Shown here: positions 19,965 through 28,980 of the stretch, one piece after another | Position numbering within the stretch: the stretch's first letter is position 1 | Layout: each line of letters opens with the position of its first letter | Assembly (NCBI GenBank): GCA_024690485.1 | Contig: JAILPB010000129.1 | Coordinates: forward strand, 4,380 to 68,379 | Source of the DNA: Butyrivibrio sp. | Lineage (GTDB): Bacteria; Bacillota; Clostridia; Lachnospirales; Lachnospiraceae | Length of the DNA: 64,000 nucleotides | Direction of reading: 5' to 3' | Translations under genes and position numbers: made by a program | The notes under the pieces: model-generated | The model's input: only the letters and a program-made list of their open reading frames with translations | Told to the model about the DNA's origin: nothing | Databases searched by the model: none

Positions 19965-21029
19965 TTATTTTTTTCTAAGATTTCTATAGAACCACAACAG
20001 TCTATAGTATACATAAAACTTCAGATGGGACTCCATCTGCATCTTAATTAGCTTTTTCTCCTCAGGATGAACTCTGTCCCTGTAATAAGGGTTATTCTGA
20101 AAATCCGGGAAAGTCTCTTTCATTTCTTTCCCAAGCTTTTTACAAAACTCATAGCAGCCCTCTATATGCTGCTCCTTTGGCATAGCTGAAAACAGTGTAT
20201 TTACATAGAAAAGCACTGTATACATAAACTCTATCTCAGGCTTATAGTCCTCAAGATATCCGTTTTCCACAGCCTCTCTGATTATCTGCCTTCCAGCCAC
20301 CATTCTGTCTTCCAGATTCTTTTTGGAAATAGTATGAACCGTGGAAGCATTGTGCTGATAATAAAAATACAGCGGTTCCTCAATATACTCAAAATGCTTT
20401 ACCCTGAGCATCCAGGAATTACTAACGGCATTATCCTCATAAAAAATATCCTCAGGGAATATTTTCCTGATCTGGCCTTCGCCTGCATTTTCAGTACTTT
20501 CCTGCCCAAATATGATATATCTTTTGTAAATCTTAACAACAAGGCTTCCGGTATCAAGGAGAAGCTTTCTGTACTTTTCCTTGTCCATGACTCCTGTCTG
20601 CTGTGCATTATTGTTGTGTACAACCTGCCCCGGAGTAAAGGTATACTCATCCACAAGGCTGTAATCACAGCCAACCATATCGGCTCCCGTTTCTTCGGCC
20701 TTTTTTATAAGCCTCTCGTAGTAATCGGGAACTACCCAGTCGTCTGCGTCAATAAATCCTATCCATTCTCCTGCAGCTACAGATAATCCGATATTCTTTG
20801 CTCCGCCCTGATGGTGATTTACGGGGCTGTGTAGCGCCTTAAACCTACCCGGGTAATCCGCCTCATATCCCTTCATGACTTCAAGGGAATTGTCGGTAGA
20901 GCAGTCATCCACTGCGATTATCTCTATTTCTCCATCTGCCATGGTCTGATTAACAAGACTATCAAGGCAGTGCTTTAATTTATCATCTCCCGCCATATTG
21001 TAGACAGGAACTATTACACTAAGTTTCAT
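19965..21029 (-). CDS. Glycosyltransferase family 2
   Basis: SVIVPVYN, VDDCSTD, FIDADD, FYED. Confidence 0.92.
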   Translation of the reverse strand: MKLSVIVPVYNMAGDDKLKHCLDSLVNQTMADGEIEIIAVDDCSTDNSLEVMKGYEADYPGRFKALHSPVNHHQGGAKNIGLSVAAGEWIGFIDADDWVVPDYYERLIKKAEETGADMVGCDYSLVDEYTFTPGQVVHNNNAQQTGVMDKEKYRKLLLDTGSLVVKIYKRYIIFGQESTENAGEGQIRKIFPEDIFYEDNAVSNSWMLRVKHFEYIEEPLYFYYQHNASTVHTISKKNLEDRMVAGRQIIREAVENGYLEDYKPEIEFMYTVLFYVNTLFSAMPKEQHIEGCYEFCKKLGKEMKETFPDFQNNPYYRDRVHPEEKKLIKMQMESHLKFYVYYRLLWFYRNLRKK

Positions 21030-21074
21030 GGCGTTTAATACCTTTATCAGTTAATGTCACCGGCAAATCCATGC

Positions 21075-22262
21075 TCAGATCTTGGATAAAGTATCAGCAA
21101 AAATCTCAGCCACATTCTCCATATCAAAGCGGCTGTATCTCTGGTCAATCCAAAACGCCAGCATGTTGTCTGAAAAGTCGGATGCTACCTTGCATACTGC
21201 TCTTGCCTCATCGTAAATAGGCCAAAGAACAGGAGCATATAAACCGTTTTCAGCAAGCTTTCTCTCGAACATATCTCTTGTGATGCTCTTGCCCTCATCT
21301 GTTATAGCACTTCTCTGCATAAAGTCTATATCAAGAACTATCTGAAGCATAAAGGGTGTCTGCGCATCTGTATCCACCTTGTCGTAGAGCTTAAAGGCCT
21401 TTCCACATAAGGGAAGCTCCTTAAGTGCCTTATACAAAGTGTCGTAGTTAACCCTCCTTCTATGCTGCAGGTTATCAAGATCCATCTCGCTTAAGTAATC
21501 AGCGCTTAAGTCAGACATAATATAGGGATCAAGTCCGTCATTAAGTGAATCTTCTGCCTCAGATAAAAGTGCTCTAAAGTGAGTCTTAAGATTCTGATCG
21601 CCATTATCAAGATATCTGGTCTTCTCTTCCATAGCCTGGGCTCTTAAAACTGAGAAATCTGTTTCTCCTGTAAGAGCTCCCATGACAAACTCTGACTTTG
21701 ATATAGCCACAGCTCCATCCGGAACCCCAAGCCATTTCCTGATACTTCCCACATGATAGTCAGAAAGAGATTCTCCTTCTCCTCCAAGGAAGTTCTCGGG
21801 CTCTGTAATAATATGTGTAACGTCCTCGATGAGGATTGTATTTTCATTTTTTGCTTTTAAACTTTGTGAAAGTGCCCCGGTATCAGTTATTCCAAAAAGA
21901 TTCATAACAAGGACAACAGGCCTCTTCTCAAAAGCAATAAGCTCTTCTAGATAATCCTTATCCACAGACAGATCTTCATTAAGTCTGTAGAAAACAACCT
22001 CAAAGCCTCTTACTTCAAAGGGCTTTACCATGGAGTCACAGGAAAGAGCCGGTATAAACACCTTACTTGCTCTATCCGCATCATCATCAAAGGTCTTACT
22101 CCTTGCAATGATATCGTCAGCAACAAAGCCTATAGCATCTCTTCCACATCTAAGAAACTCAATGTATCTGTTTTTCTTTTCTGCTTCATGGGATAACAGC
22201 TCTATAAAATCTGTTCTGTCATTAATCTTTTCAAAATTAAATTCGCTTCCGATTTCGTACAT
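21075..22262 (-). CDS. Divergent DegT-like PLP-dependent protein
   Basis: EIGSEF, CGRDAI, PALSCDSM, IEDVTH, GSIRKWLGVPDG (Asp and Lys retained), RRVNY, VLWP, IDQRY. Start moved to ATG 22262 behind GGAGGT. Confidence 0.6.
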   Translation of the reverse strand: MYEIGSEFNFEKINDRTDFIELLSHEAEKKNRYIEFLRCGRDAIGFVADDIIARSKTFDDDADRASKVFIPALSCDSMVKPFEVRGFEVVFYRLNEDLSVDKDYLEELIAFEKRPVVLVMNLFGITDTGALSQSLKAKNENTILIEDVTHIITEPENFLGGEGESLSDYHVGSIRKWLGVPDGAVAISKSEFVMGALTGETDFSVLRAQAMEEKTRYLDNGDQNLKTHFRALLSEAEDSLNDGLDPYIMSDLSADYLSEMDLDNLQHRRRVNYDTLYKALKELPLCGKAFKLYDKVDTDAQTPFMLQIVLDIDFMQRSAITDEGKSITRDMFERKLAENGLYAPVLWPIYDEARAVCKVASDFSDNMLAFWIDQRYSRFDMENVAEIFADTLSKI

Positions 22263-22328
22263 TAGGCGCACCTCCAACCCGTATAATTATAGCCAATCAG
22301 CCTTTAGTAGTAAAACCGAAAGTCCCCT

Positions 22329-23612
22329 CTACTTATCAGTCTTTACTATCACTATCTTCTTTACTGCAGCCTCAGCATTTCTCGCCGCTTCCTCTGCATC
22401 CTTACCTGTTGCGATGACATGTCCGTATCTGTCTCCGCTGTTTGTAAGGTTACCTGCCAGGTCTCCGGCCTTTTTAGTCATAACTACCTCGGCAACTCCC
22501 GGCATTTTCTTTGCTTCTTCAATGCCATCTATGGATTTTATAACCTGCTCTTTCGTATCTTCCTTATCATCTGCAAAAATAAATCTTATGGCTGATCCAC
22601 AGCTCTTTGTACTCTGCCAGTTCACTGTTTCTCCAAGTGTTGAAGAAAGCTGGCAATCTATCATATCAACTCCTGTTGATAAGGGCACAAGCCTTGATGT
22701 AATAAAATCTCCTCCAAGCCTTGCTGCTATTTCCACAAGCTTTGCTCCGCTCTTTGTGACCTTTATCTCAGTATGAGTTGGTCCGTTCTTTACTCCAAGA
22801 GCAGCTATTGCCTTAAGAGCCACGTTTCTGATATCTTCCTGAACATCCAGAGGAAGCCTTGACGGCTCAGTATGCCCTGTCTCTACAAAGAACGGAACCT
22901 CAGTTACCATCTTATCTGTGATGGTAATTATATGGCTTTCTCCTTCAACGGTTATTGACTCTACGCTTACTTCAGGGCCTTCCATGAACTCCTCAACGAG
23001 AACCTCACCGCCTCTTGAATAGCCCTTGCTGTATTCATAGATAGCCTTATAAAAAGCCTCATCTGACATATTATCTGAAAAGTCAGCTCCGATTCCCTCA
23101 AGAACTTCCTGCTTGCTTGATAAGTCCACAAGGACAACGCCCCTGCTTGCAGCATTATCTGCAGGCTTACTTACAAACCTTGTTCCGATCAGGGATGCTG
23201 CCTCTTTAAAATCTTCAAAGCTATCCACCACATGGAATTCAGGAACAGGCACATTCTTTTCCTTCATTCGCCTTCTCATATGCACCTTGTCAGTAGCACA
23301 GATTGCATCTTCGTAGGCTATGTCAGCTTTCTTCCCAAGCTGCTCGTTAACCCACGCGGCACATCTAACCGGCATATCGCTGGTGGAAGTCATTATGTAA
23401 TCCGGTTCATATTTTTTTGCAGCCTCTAAAACCGCCTCTTTATCTATGGTGCTGATACATAAAAACTCATCCGCATAGGCTATTCCCACAGCCTCAGGAT
23501 CATAATCAAGGGCGTATACATACAGCCCCTTTTCCTTTGCATTTTTTATGGCAGGCACCTGAAGTGCACTGGCACCAAGTACAAAAATCTTTTTCAAGTC
23601 TCTAATCTCCAC
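22329..23612 (-). CDS. ATP-grasp domain ligase (L-amino-acid-ligase-like)
   Basis: LGASALQ, TDK..MR, KPADNAASRGV, VEEFMEGPEVSVE, HTEIK, VEIAARLGG and C-terminal DRYGHVIATG. GTG start with a weak RBS. Confidence 0.85.
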   Translation of the reverse strand: MEIRDLKKIFVLGASALQVPAIKNAKEKGLYVYALDYDPEAVGIAYADEFLCISTIDKEAVLEAAKKYEPDYIMTSTSDMPVRCAAWVNEQLGKKADIAYEDAICATDKVHMRRRMKEKNVPVPEFHVVDSFEDFKEAASLIGTRFVSKPADNAASRGVVLVDLSSKQEVLEGIGADFSDNMSDEAFYKAIYEYSKGYSRGGEVLVEEFMEGPEVSVESITVEGESHIITITDKMVTEVPFFVETGHTEPSRLPLDVQEDIRNVALKAIAALGVKNGPTHTEIKVTKSGAKLVEIAARLGGDFITSRLVPLSTGVDMIDCQLSSTLGETVNWQSTKSCGSAIRFIFADDKEDTKEQVIKSIDGIEEAKKMPGVAEVVMTKKAGDLAGNLTNSGDRYGHVIATGKDAEEAARNAEAAVKKIVIVKTDK

Positions 23613-23664
23613 AATTTACCGGTTATTATATGGCCTATGCAGCTATCTCCACCAAGCTGCATGC

Positions 23665-24828
23665 TTACATTTCAAGTAGAGCTTCTGCAATTCTGTCAGC
23701 ACCCTGACCGTCTATAAGCTCCTTTAACTTTTCTCCGTGCTCTATCCTATCGGCAGAATCAAGCTTTGCGAAATCCTTTATGGCAAAGATGATATTACGA
23801 AGAACTTCTGCATCATCTTCTCTGAAATCTCCTGCGTAGGGCACAAGCTTTTTCTCACTAAAATACAGAGCATCCGGTTCCTGATTCTCTGCAAACACAA
23901 AGCTCACCGAAGGGATACCCAGTGCGCTTAATTCAAAAAGTGTGGTTCCCGCAGGTGTTATGGCAACATCGCACATTTTCATGATATCTGCCACGTTACT
24001 TACATTTTGATGAAGAACCACGTAGCCATCTTCTATGTATTCCTGGATCTTCTCAGTAACTCTGTAGAATCTTCCCGCAAGAAGATGAATCTTCTTATTT
24101 CTGTCAGTCTTAAAACCAAGTTCAGGATCTCTTATAAGAGCAGTGGAAATAATCTCTGAAAGGCCCATGCTGTCTGCGCCTCCGGTGGTTAAAAAGATAC
24201 TTTCCACACCGTCCTTCTCATATCCATAGGTTCTGTGAACACCCATGAAGGCTTCTGCATTTTCCTTGGCGATAATATCAATATTTTTCAAGGCTTCACC
24301 ATCAGTCCCGAGAACGACTCCACGAGCACTCTCAAAGTCGTCGTTTTTTTGCCAGAACTGCTCTCTGAGAGGAATATACTTTGTTCCAAGAAGAAGCATC
24401 GGCTGTTCATCGCCGTAAAATTCTTCATAGCCAAGATACCTTGCCCCGGGGCTGTAATTCAAAATGGCGTTTGCAGGATAGGTTTCCTTTTTCATGTCAT
24501 CTATGTACATGACCCTCATTCCGCAGTCTCTAAGGGCCTTTATATATTCAGGAGTTGCATAATAAGAGTCCACAAGAATTCTGTTTATGCCCTCAAACTG
24601 CAGAAAATCCACAAAGGTATCTACCTCGTCCTGGAGGTTTCTCCAGTTAGTATGCAGTACCTGAACCTGATAGTCCTCGCCCACATATGGAATTATATTG
24701 TCATCAGCAGACACAAAAACGACAGAACACCCCATCTGTGACAGGCTACCTGCTATAGTCCTGCACCTCATGATATGTCCCGTCGCTACTATTTCATTTG
24801 CATCAACACGAATTGCTATTTTATTCAA
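23665..24828 (-). CDS. pseG: UDP-2,4-diacetamido-2,4,6-trideoxy-beta-L-altropyranose hydrolase (PseG/SpsG-like)
   Basis: IRVDA...ATGHIMRC, VDSY, YIDD, G.KYIPLR..F, TTGGAD, PAGTTLFEL, AENQ, DGQGADRI; next to pseI. Confidence 0.8.
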   Translation of the reverse strand: MNKIAIRVDANEIVATGHIMRCRTIAGSLSQMGCSVVFVSADDNIIPYVGEDYQVQVLHTNWRNLQDEVDTFVDFLQFEGINRILVDSYYATPEYIKALRDCGMRVMYIDDMKKETYPANAILNYSPGARYLGYEEFYGDEQPMLLLGTKYIPLREQFWQKNDDFESARGVVLGTDGEALKNIDIIAKENAEAFMGVHRTYGYEKDGVESIFLTTGGADSMGLSEIISTALIRDPELGFKTDRNKKIHLLAGRFYRVTEKIQEYIEDGYVVLHQNVSNVADIMKMCDVAITPAGTTLFELSALGIPSVSFVFAENQEPDALYFSEKKLVPYAGDFREDDAEVLRNIIFAIKDFAKLDSADRIEHGEKLKELIDGQGADRIAEALLEM

Positions 24829-25864
24829 CCATACTCCAATCCAGCGGCGTTCCTCGTTTGTAATCCGCCTTGGCAGTTTTGCCTAAAACCTCTTCGTAGT
24901 ACTTAGGCTTCATTCCCTGTATGTTGTATGAACGGATACTTCTTACATTCTTATCCGTCAATGCCTCACCCTTTTTCACATCTTCCACAATAAAAAGTGA
25001 TCTTCTGTTAGTGTACTCACCTGCTTTTTCAGCTTCGGTAGGGCCATAAAAAACCTTGCCAAGCGCAAGCTCTGCATCGTGAACACCCTTTACCATTGCC
25101 GCAAATTCCTCAGGTTCCATGGAAAAAGCGGAATCTGCTGAAGGAATATCTCTTCCAAGACAGAAATGCTTCTCAATAACCACTGCTCCAAGAGCTGCGG
25201 CTGCGATTGCTGCTGTGCCGCCCATTGAGTGATCTGAAAGCCCAACCGGCACCCCAAATTTTTCCTTCATATCCGTGATGGTATTAAGGTTAAGATCTGA
25301 AGAAACTGTAGGATATACGCTGCAGCACTTAAGGATAATGATATTGTTATTACCCTGTGACTTTATGGCATCAATCGCCTCTCGTATCTCTTCCTCAGTT
25401 CCCATACCTGTTGACATGATGATCGGTTTACCTGTTTTTGCCACGTACTTAATGAATGGAATATCTACAAGCTCAAAGGATGCAATCTTGTAGAACTCTT
25501 CTCCAATGTTTTCAAGATAATCCACAGATGTTGTATCAAAAGGAGTGGAGAGAAAATCTATTCCGCACTCTTCACATTTTTTCTTAATGGGCTCCATCCA
25601 CTCCCAGGGAGTATAGGCTTCCTTATAGAGATCATGGAGGTTATAACCATCCCAAAGACCGCCATCGTGAATCTTAAATGCCTCGCCGTCGCAATCTATG
25701 GTAATGGTATCTGCTGTATAAGTCTGTGTCTTTAAGCAATCAGCTCCTGCCTTTGCAGCTGCCTCTACTATCTCAAGGGCATTCTCAAGAGAGCCGCCGT
25801 GATTGGCGCTCATCTCAGCAATTATGTATGCTCTTTTATTTTTTAAACACTCATCTAAACGCAT
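24821..25864 (-). CDS. pseI: Pseudaminic acid synthase
   Basis: IIAEMSANHGG, KTQTYTADTIT, AYTPWEW, STPFD, KIASFE, GLSDHS, IEKHF, DSAFSMEP, C-terminal SAF domain. Start set at ATG 25864. Confidence 0.93.
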   Translation of the reverse strand: MRLDECLKNKRAYIIAEMSANHGGSLENALEIVEAAAKAGADCLKTQTYTADTITIDCDGEAFKIHDGGLWDGYNLHDLYKEAYTPWEWMEPIKKKCEECGIDFLSTPFDTTSVDYLENIGEEFYKIASFELVDIPFIKYVAKTGKPIIMSTGMGTEEEIREAIDAIKSQGNNNIIILKCCSVYPTVSSDLNLNTITDMKEKFGVPVGLSDHSMGGTAAIAAAALGAVVIEKHFCLGRDIPSADSAFSMEPEEFAAMVKGVHDAELALGKVFYGPTEAEKAGEYTNRRSLFIVEDVKKGEALTDKNVRSIRSYNIQGMKPKYYEEVLGKTAKADYKRGTPLDWSMVE

Positions 25865-25868
25865 ATCT

Positions 25869-26570
25869 TTACTTTCTTTTTTCCTGCTGTAAAAAACTGT
25901 ATTTAAGCTCCGCAAGCTTCCAGTCGCTTTCAGTATCAATATCCTGAGATTCTACAGGATCGATGATATAAGGAATGGATTTCTCCATAGTTGTATCCTT
26001 CTGAATTCTGAAGGCATCGTTTCTAAAAATATAAAACTGTCCGCACTCATGATATTGCTTCTGAAGATCCTGGCTTCTGGTTGTTGCATACTCAGGATGA
26101 AGCATCTTCACAAGACCGTTCTCATCAATAAAAAGTCCGCGCTGAGGAGGATATGAGAACTCCTGCATGGGAACAATTGACTCTGCACCGCTCTCCACAA
26201 GCTTATCCATGGCACTTTTAAGCTTCTTTGCAGTTACAAAAGGAGCTGTGGGATAAATGCAGCAGCCATACTCATAGCTCTTGCCCATCTTCTCATATTC
26301 ATCGAGAACTTCCAAAAGAACATCAGCTGTGGTTGCAGTATCACTTGAGGTTTCAGCAGATCTGTAAAAAGGAACCTTTGCTCCTGCTTTTTTTGCAATC
26401 TCTGCAATCTCCTCATCATCTGTTGAAACCATCACTTCGTCAAAAATCCCTGACTGAAGAGCTGCTTCTATGGAATAGTTTATTATGGGCTTTCCGCAAA
26501 ATTCCCTGATATTCTTTCTGGGTATTCTCTTACTTCCGCCTCTTGCTGTTATTATCGCTATAGCACTCAT
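25869..26570 (-). CDS. pseF: Pseudaminic acid cytidylyltransferase
   Basis: ARGGSKRIPRKNI, VSTDD, CCIYPTAPF, RSQDL, GQFY, QDIDT..DW..AE. Start ATG 26570 or GTG 26594. Confidence 0.9.
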   Translation of the reverse strand: MSAIAIITARGGSKRIPRKNIREFCGKPIINYSIEAALQSGIFDEVMVSTDDEEIAEIAKKAGAKVPFYRSAETSSDTATTADVLLEVLDEYEKMGKSYEYGCCIYPTAPFVTAKKLKSAMDKLVESGAESIVPMQEFSYPPQRGLFIDENGLVKMLHPEYATTRSQDLQKQYHECGQFYIFRNDAFRIQKDTTMEKSIPYIIDPVESQDIDTESDWKLAELKYSFLQQEKRK

Positions 26571-26622
26571 ATTTCTATTGCAGATAAACTGCACCCCTTA
26601 AATCTTTTTATTCACCCAAAGC

Positions 26623-27840
26623 TTAAGCTCTGTAGTAATCTACGATCTTCTTAACGGCTGTAATAACATCTCTTGCATCATCATCGGTCATTCCTGAATA
26701 CAGAGGAATAGTGATCATCTCATCATAGAGTTTTTCTGCATTAGGGCAGATACCACGCTTATATCCAAGCTTCTCGTAATAAGGGAAGTAATAAGTTGGT
26801 ATATAATGCACGTTACAGATAATGTTCTCTGCGCCAAGTGCCTCGAAGAACTCTTTCCTGCTTATCTTAAGCTTCTCTGGAACAATCCTCAAAATGTACA
26901 GATGTCTTGTAGGATCGCAGCCTTCTGTTTCCTTCTGAACAAAGATTTCGGGCATCTTGGAAAATGCATCGTCATAAAGCTTTCTGATAGCTTTTCTTCT
27001 CTCTGAAAACTCAGGTAATCTGTCAAGCTGGCTGCAAATAAGTGCTGCCTGCATATCTGTAAGTCTGTAGTTTGTTGAAAGACAAAGCTGCTCGTAATAC
27101 CAAGGTCCGTCAGGCTCATGCTCCATAAGAGAAGTATCTCTTGTAATACCATGTGCTCTGTAGAGAACAAGCTTCTTATACAGCTCTTCATCGTTGGTGA
27201 TTACTGCTCCTCCTTCGCCGCCTGTTATGGTCTTAACGGCATGGAAGCTGAAGGTTGTCATGTCAGCGATAGTTCCGATATGTTTTCCCTTATAATATGT
27301 TCCGATTGAATGAGCTGCATCCTCGATCATAACAAGACCGTGATCATCACAGATCTTCCTGATCGCATCAAGATCAGCAGTCTGACCTGTGTAATCAACA
27401 GGAATAACTACCTTTGTTTTGTCTGTGATCTTCTTTTCCACATCTTTTGCATCGATCTGATAAGTCTCAGGATCAACATCCGCAAATACGGGACGTGCTC
27501 CGCAGTACAGAGCGCAGTTAGCACTGGCTGCAAAGGTAATTGGAGTTGTTATAACTTCATCACCCTCTGAAACGCCTGCTGCAAGACATGCAATGTGAAG
27601 AGCCGCTGTATCGTTACTTAATGCAACAGCATACTTTGCACCTGTTATCCGGCAAAGTCTATTCTCCATCTCTGTTATGGAAGGGCCGGTTGTAAGATAA
27701 TCACTTTTAAGTACATCTACAACTGCCTGAATATCCTTGTCATTAATGCTCTGATGTGAATAATATAATTTTTTGCTTCTAACGGGCGAACCCCCGCAAA
27801 TTGCAGGGATTCTCTCGGATTCGTTATTTAAATTGCTCAT
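26623..27840 (-). CDS. pseC: UDP-4-amino-4,6-dideoxy-N-acetyl-beta-L-altrosamine transaminase
   Basis: LKSDYLTTGP, PITFAASANCALYCGA, EDAAHSIG, SFHAVK, HGITR, WYYEQ, NYRLTDMQAAL, VHYIP; directly after pseB. Start 27840 (GGAGA RBS) or 27852. Confidence 0.9.
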   Translation of the reverse strand: MSNLNNESERIPAICGGSPVRSKKLYYSHQSINDKDIQAVVDVLKSDYLTTGPSITEMENRLCRITGAKYAVALSNDTAALHIACLAAGVSEGDEVITTPITFAASANCALYCGARPVFADVDPETYQIDAKDVEKKITDKTKVVIPVDYTGQTADLDAIRKICDDHGLVMIEDAAHSIGTYYKGKHIGTIADMTTFSFHAVKTITGGEGGAVITNDEELYKKLVLYRAHGITRDTSLMEHEPDGPWYYEQLCLSTNYRLTDMQAALICSQLDRLPEFSERRKAIRKLYDDAFSKMPEIFVQKETEGCDPTRHLYILRIVPEKLKISRKEFFEALGAENIICNVHYIPTYYFPYYEKLGYKRGICPNAEKLYDEMITIPLYSGMTDDDARDVITAVKKIVDYYRA

Positions 27841-27876
27841 ATATGTCTCCATATAGACTTGTTTTTATAATCTAAA

Positions 27877-28878
27877 TCAGTGATCAACAGCCTCGCCGAG
27901 TCTGTTTCTGATATCTGTGACGCTCATCCACTCTGTGTTATTGCCTGAGCTGTATGAGAATCCTTCAGGAACCTTCTTACCCTTCGGGTCCGGAACCTGC
28001 TTATCATTAAATGTTACCTGAGGATATACGATGAAGTGCTTTTCAAACTCGTATGTGAAAGGTGCATCCTCAACTGTAACCATGATCTCGTCAAGCTTCT
28101 CACCGGGACGGATTCCGATCTCCCTTGTTCCTATGCCGGGGCACATAGCCTCTGCAAGATCTGTAACCTTGAAGGAAGGAATCTTACTGATGAATGTCTC
28201 GCCGCCCTTAGCTTCGTCGAGTGCCTTAAGCACGAGCTCTACGCCTTCGGGAAGACTTATCCAGAATCTGGTCATTCTGTAATCTGTAATAGGAAGCTCT
28301 TTCTCACCCTTTTCAATAAGGTTCTTGAAAAGTGGAATAATTGAGCCGCGGCTTCCAGCCACGTTACCATATCTTACAATAGAGAAATTGATGTCCTTGT
28401 TTCCTGCGTAAGCGTTAGCAGCGATAAAGAGCTTATCTGAAACCATCTTGGTTGCACCATAGAGATTAACAGGATTAACTGCCTTGTCTGTTGAAAGAGC
28501 AACTACTCTCTTAACTCCTGTATTAAGTGCTGCATTGATTACATTCTGAGCACCGTTAACATTAGTCTTGATTGCTTCGTCAGGGTTATATTCACACGCA
28601 GGAACCTGCTTAAGCGCTGCAGCATGGATTACATAATCTACACCTTCCATAGCGCGCTCCATACGTGCACCATCTCTTACATCACCGATAAAGAATCTCA
28701 TCTGGTCGGCATGTTCTCTGTACACTTTTTCATTTGCCATAACGTACTGCTTATACTCATCACGAGAATAAACAATGATCTTCTTAGGGTTATAATGCTC
28801 AAGAAGATATTCTGTAAAGCAGTGACCAAAGGAACCTGTGCCTCCTGTTACAAGGATGGTTTTATCATCTAATCTCAT
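27877..28878 (-). CDS. pseB: UDP-N-acetylglucosamine 4,6-dehydratase (inverting)
   Basis: TGGTGSFG, YSRDEYKQ, FIGDVRD, HAAALKQVPACEYNP, LSTDKAVNPVNLYGATK, VRYGNV.GSRGS, MTRFWI, GIRPGEKL. Confidence 0.95.
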   Translation of the reverse strand: MRLDDKTILVTGGTGSFGHCFTEYLLEHYNPKKIIVYSRDEYKQYVMANEKVYREHADQMRFFIGDVRDGARMERAMEGVDYVIHAAALKQVPACEYNPDEAIKTNVNGAQNVINAALNTGVKRVVALSTDKAVNPVNLYGATKMVSDKLFIAANAYAGNKDINFSIVRYGNVAGSRGSIIPLFKNLIEKGEKELPITDYRMTRFWISLPEGVELVLKALDEAKGGETFISKIPSFKVTDLAEAMCPGIGTREIGIRPGEKLDEIMVTVEDAPFTYEFEKHFIVYPQVTFNDKQVPDPKGKKVPEGFSYSSGNNTEWMSVTDIRNRLGEAVDH

Positions 28879-28911
28879 CTTTTACCTCTTTTCAAAACAT
28901 AATTCCAATAG

Positions 28912-28940
28912 ATTATACTATAAAATGCAATTCTTATCTA
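28912..28940 (-). promoter_or_regulatory. Candidate sigma-A promoter upstream of pseB
   Basis: TAGATA (28935-28940), 17-bp spacer, TATAAT (28912-28917) in the 102-bp gap, the largest intergenic gap in the window. Confidence 0.5.
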
Positions 28941-28980
28941 TCACGATAAAAACTCTGTGTTTAAGTGCAGTTTCTGCGGT

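Noticed and set aside
22030-22776. 248-aa plus-strand ORF and the many other plus-strand or alternate-frame ORFs in the track
   Set aside because: They overlap well-supported minus-strand genes, show no recognisable motifs and look like antisense shadows.
21075-28878. Flagellin glycosylation role for the pse genes
   Set aside because: No flagellin or Maf gene in the window, and a glycan-type transferase and flippase follow; not excluded if maf lies elsewhere.
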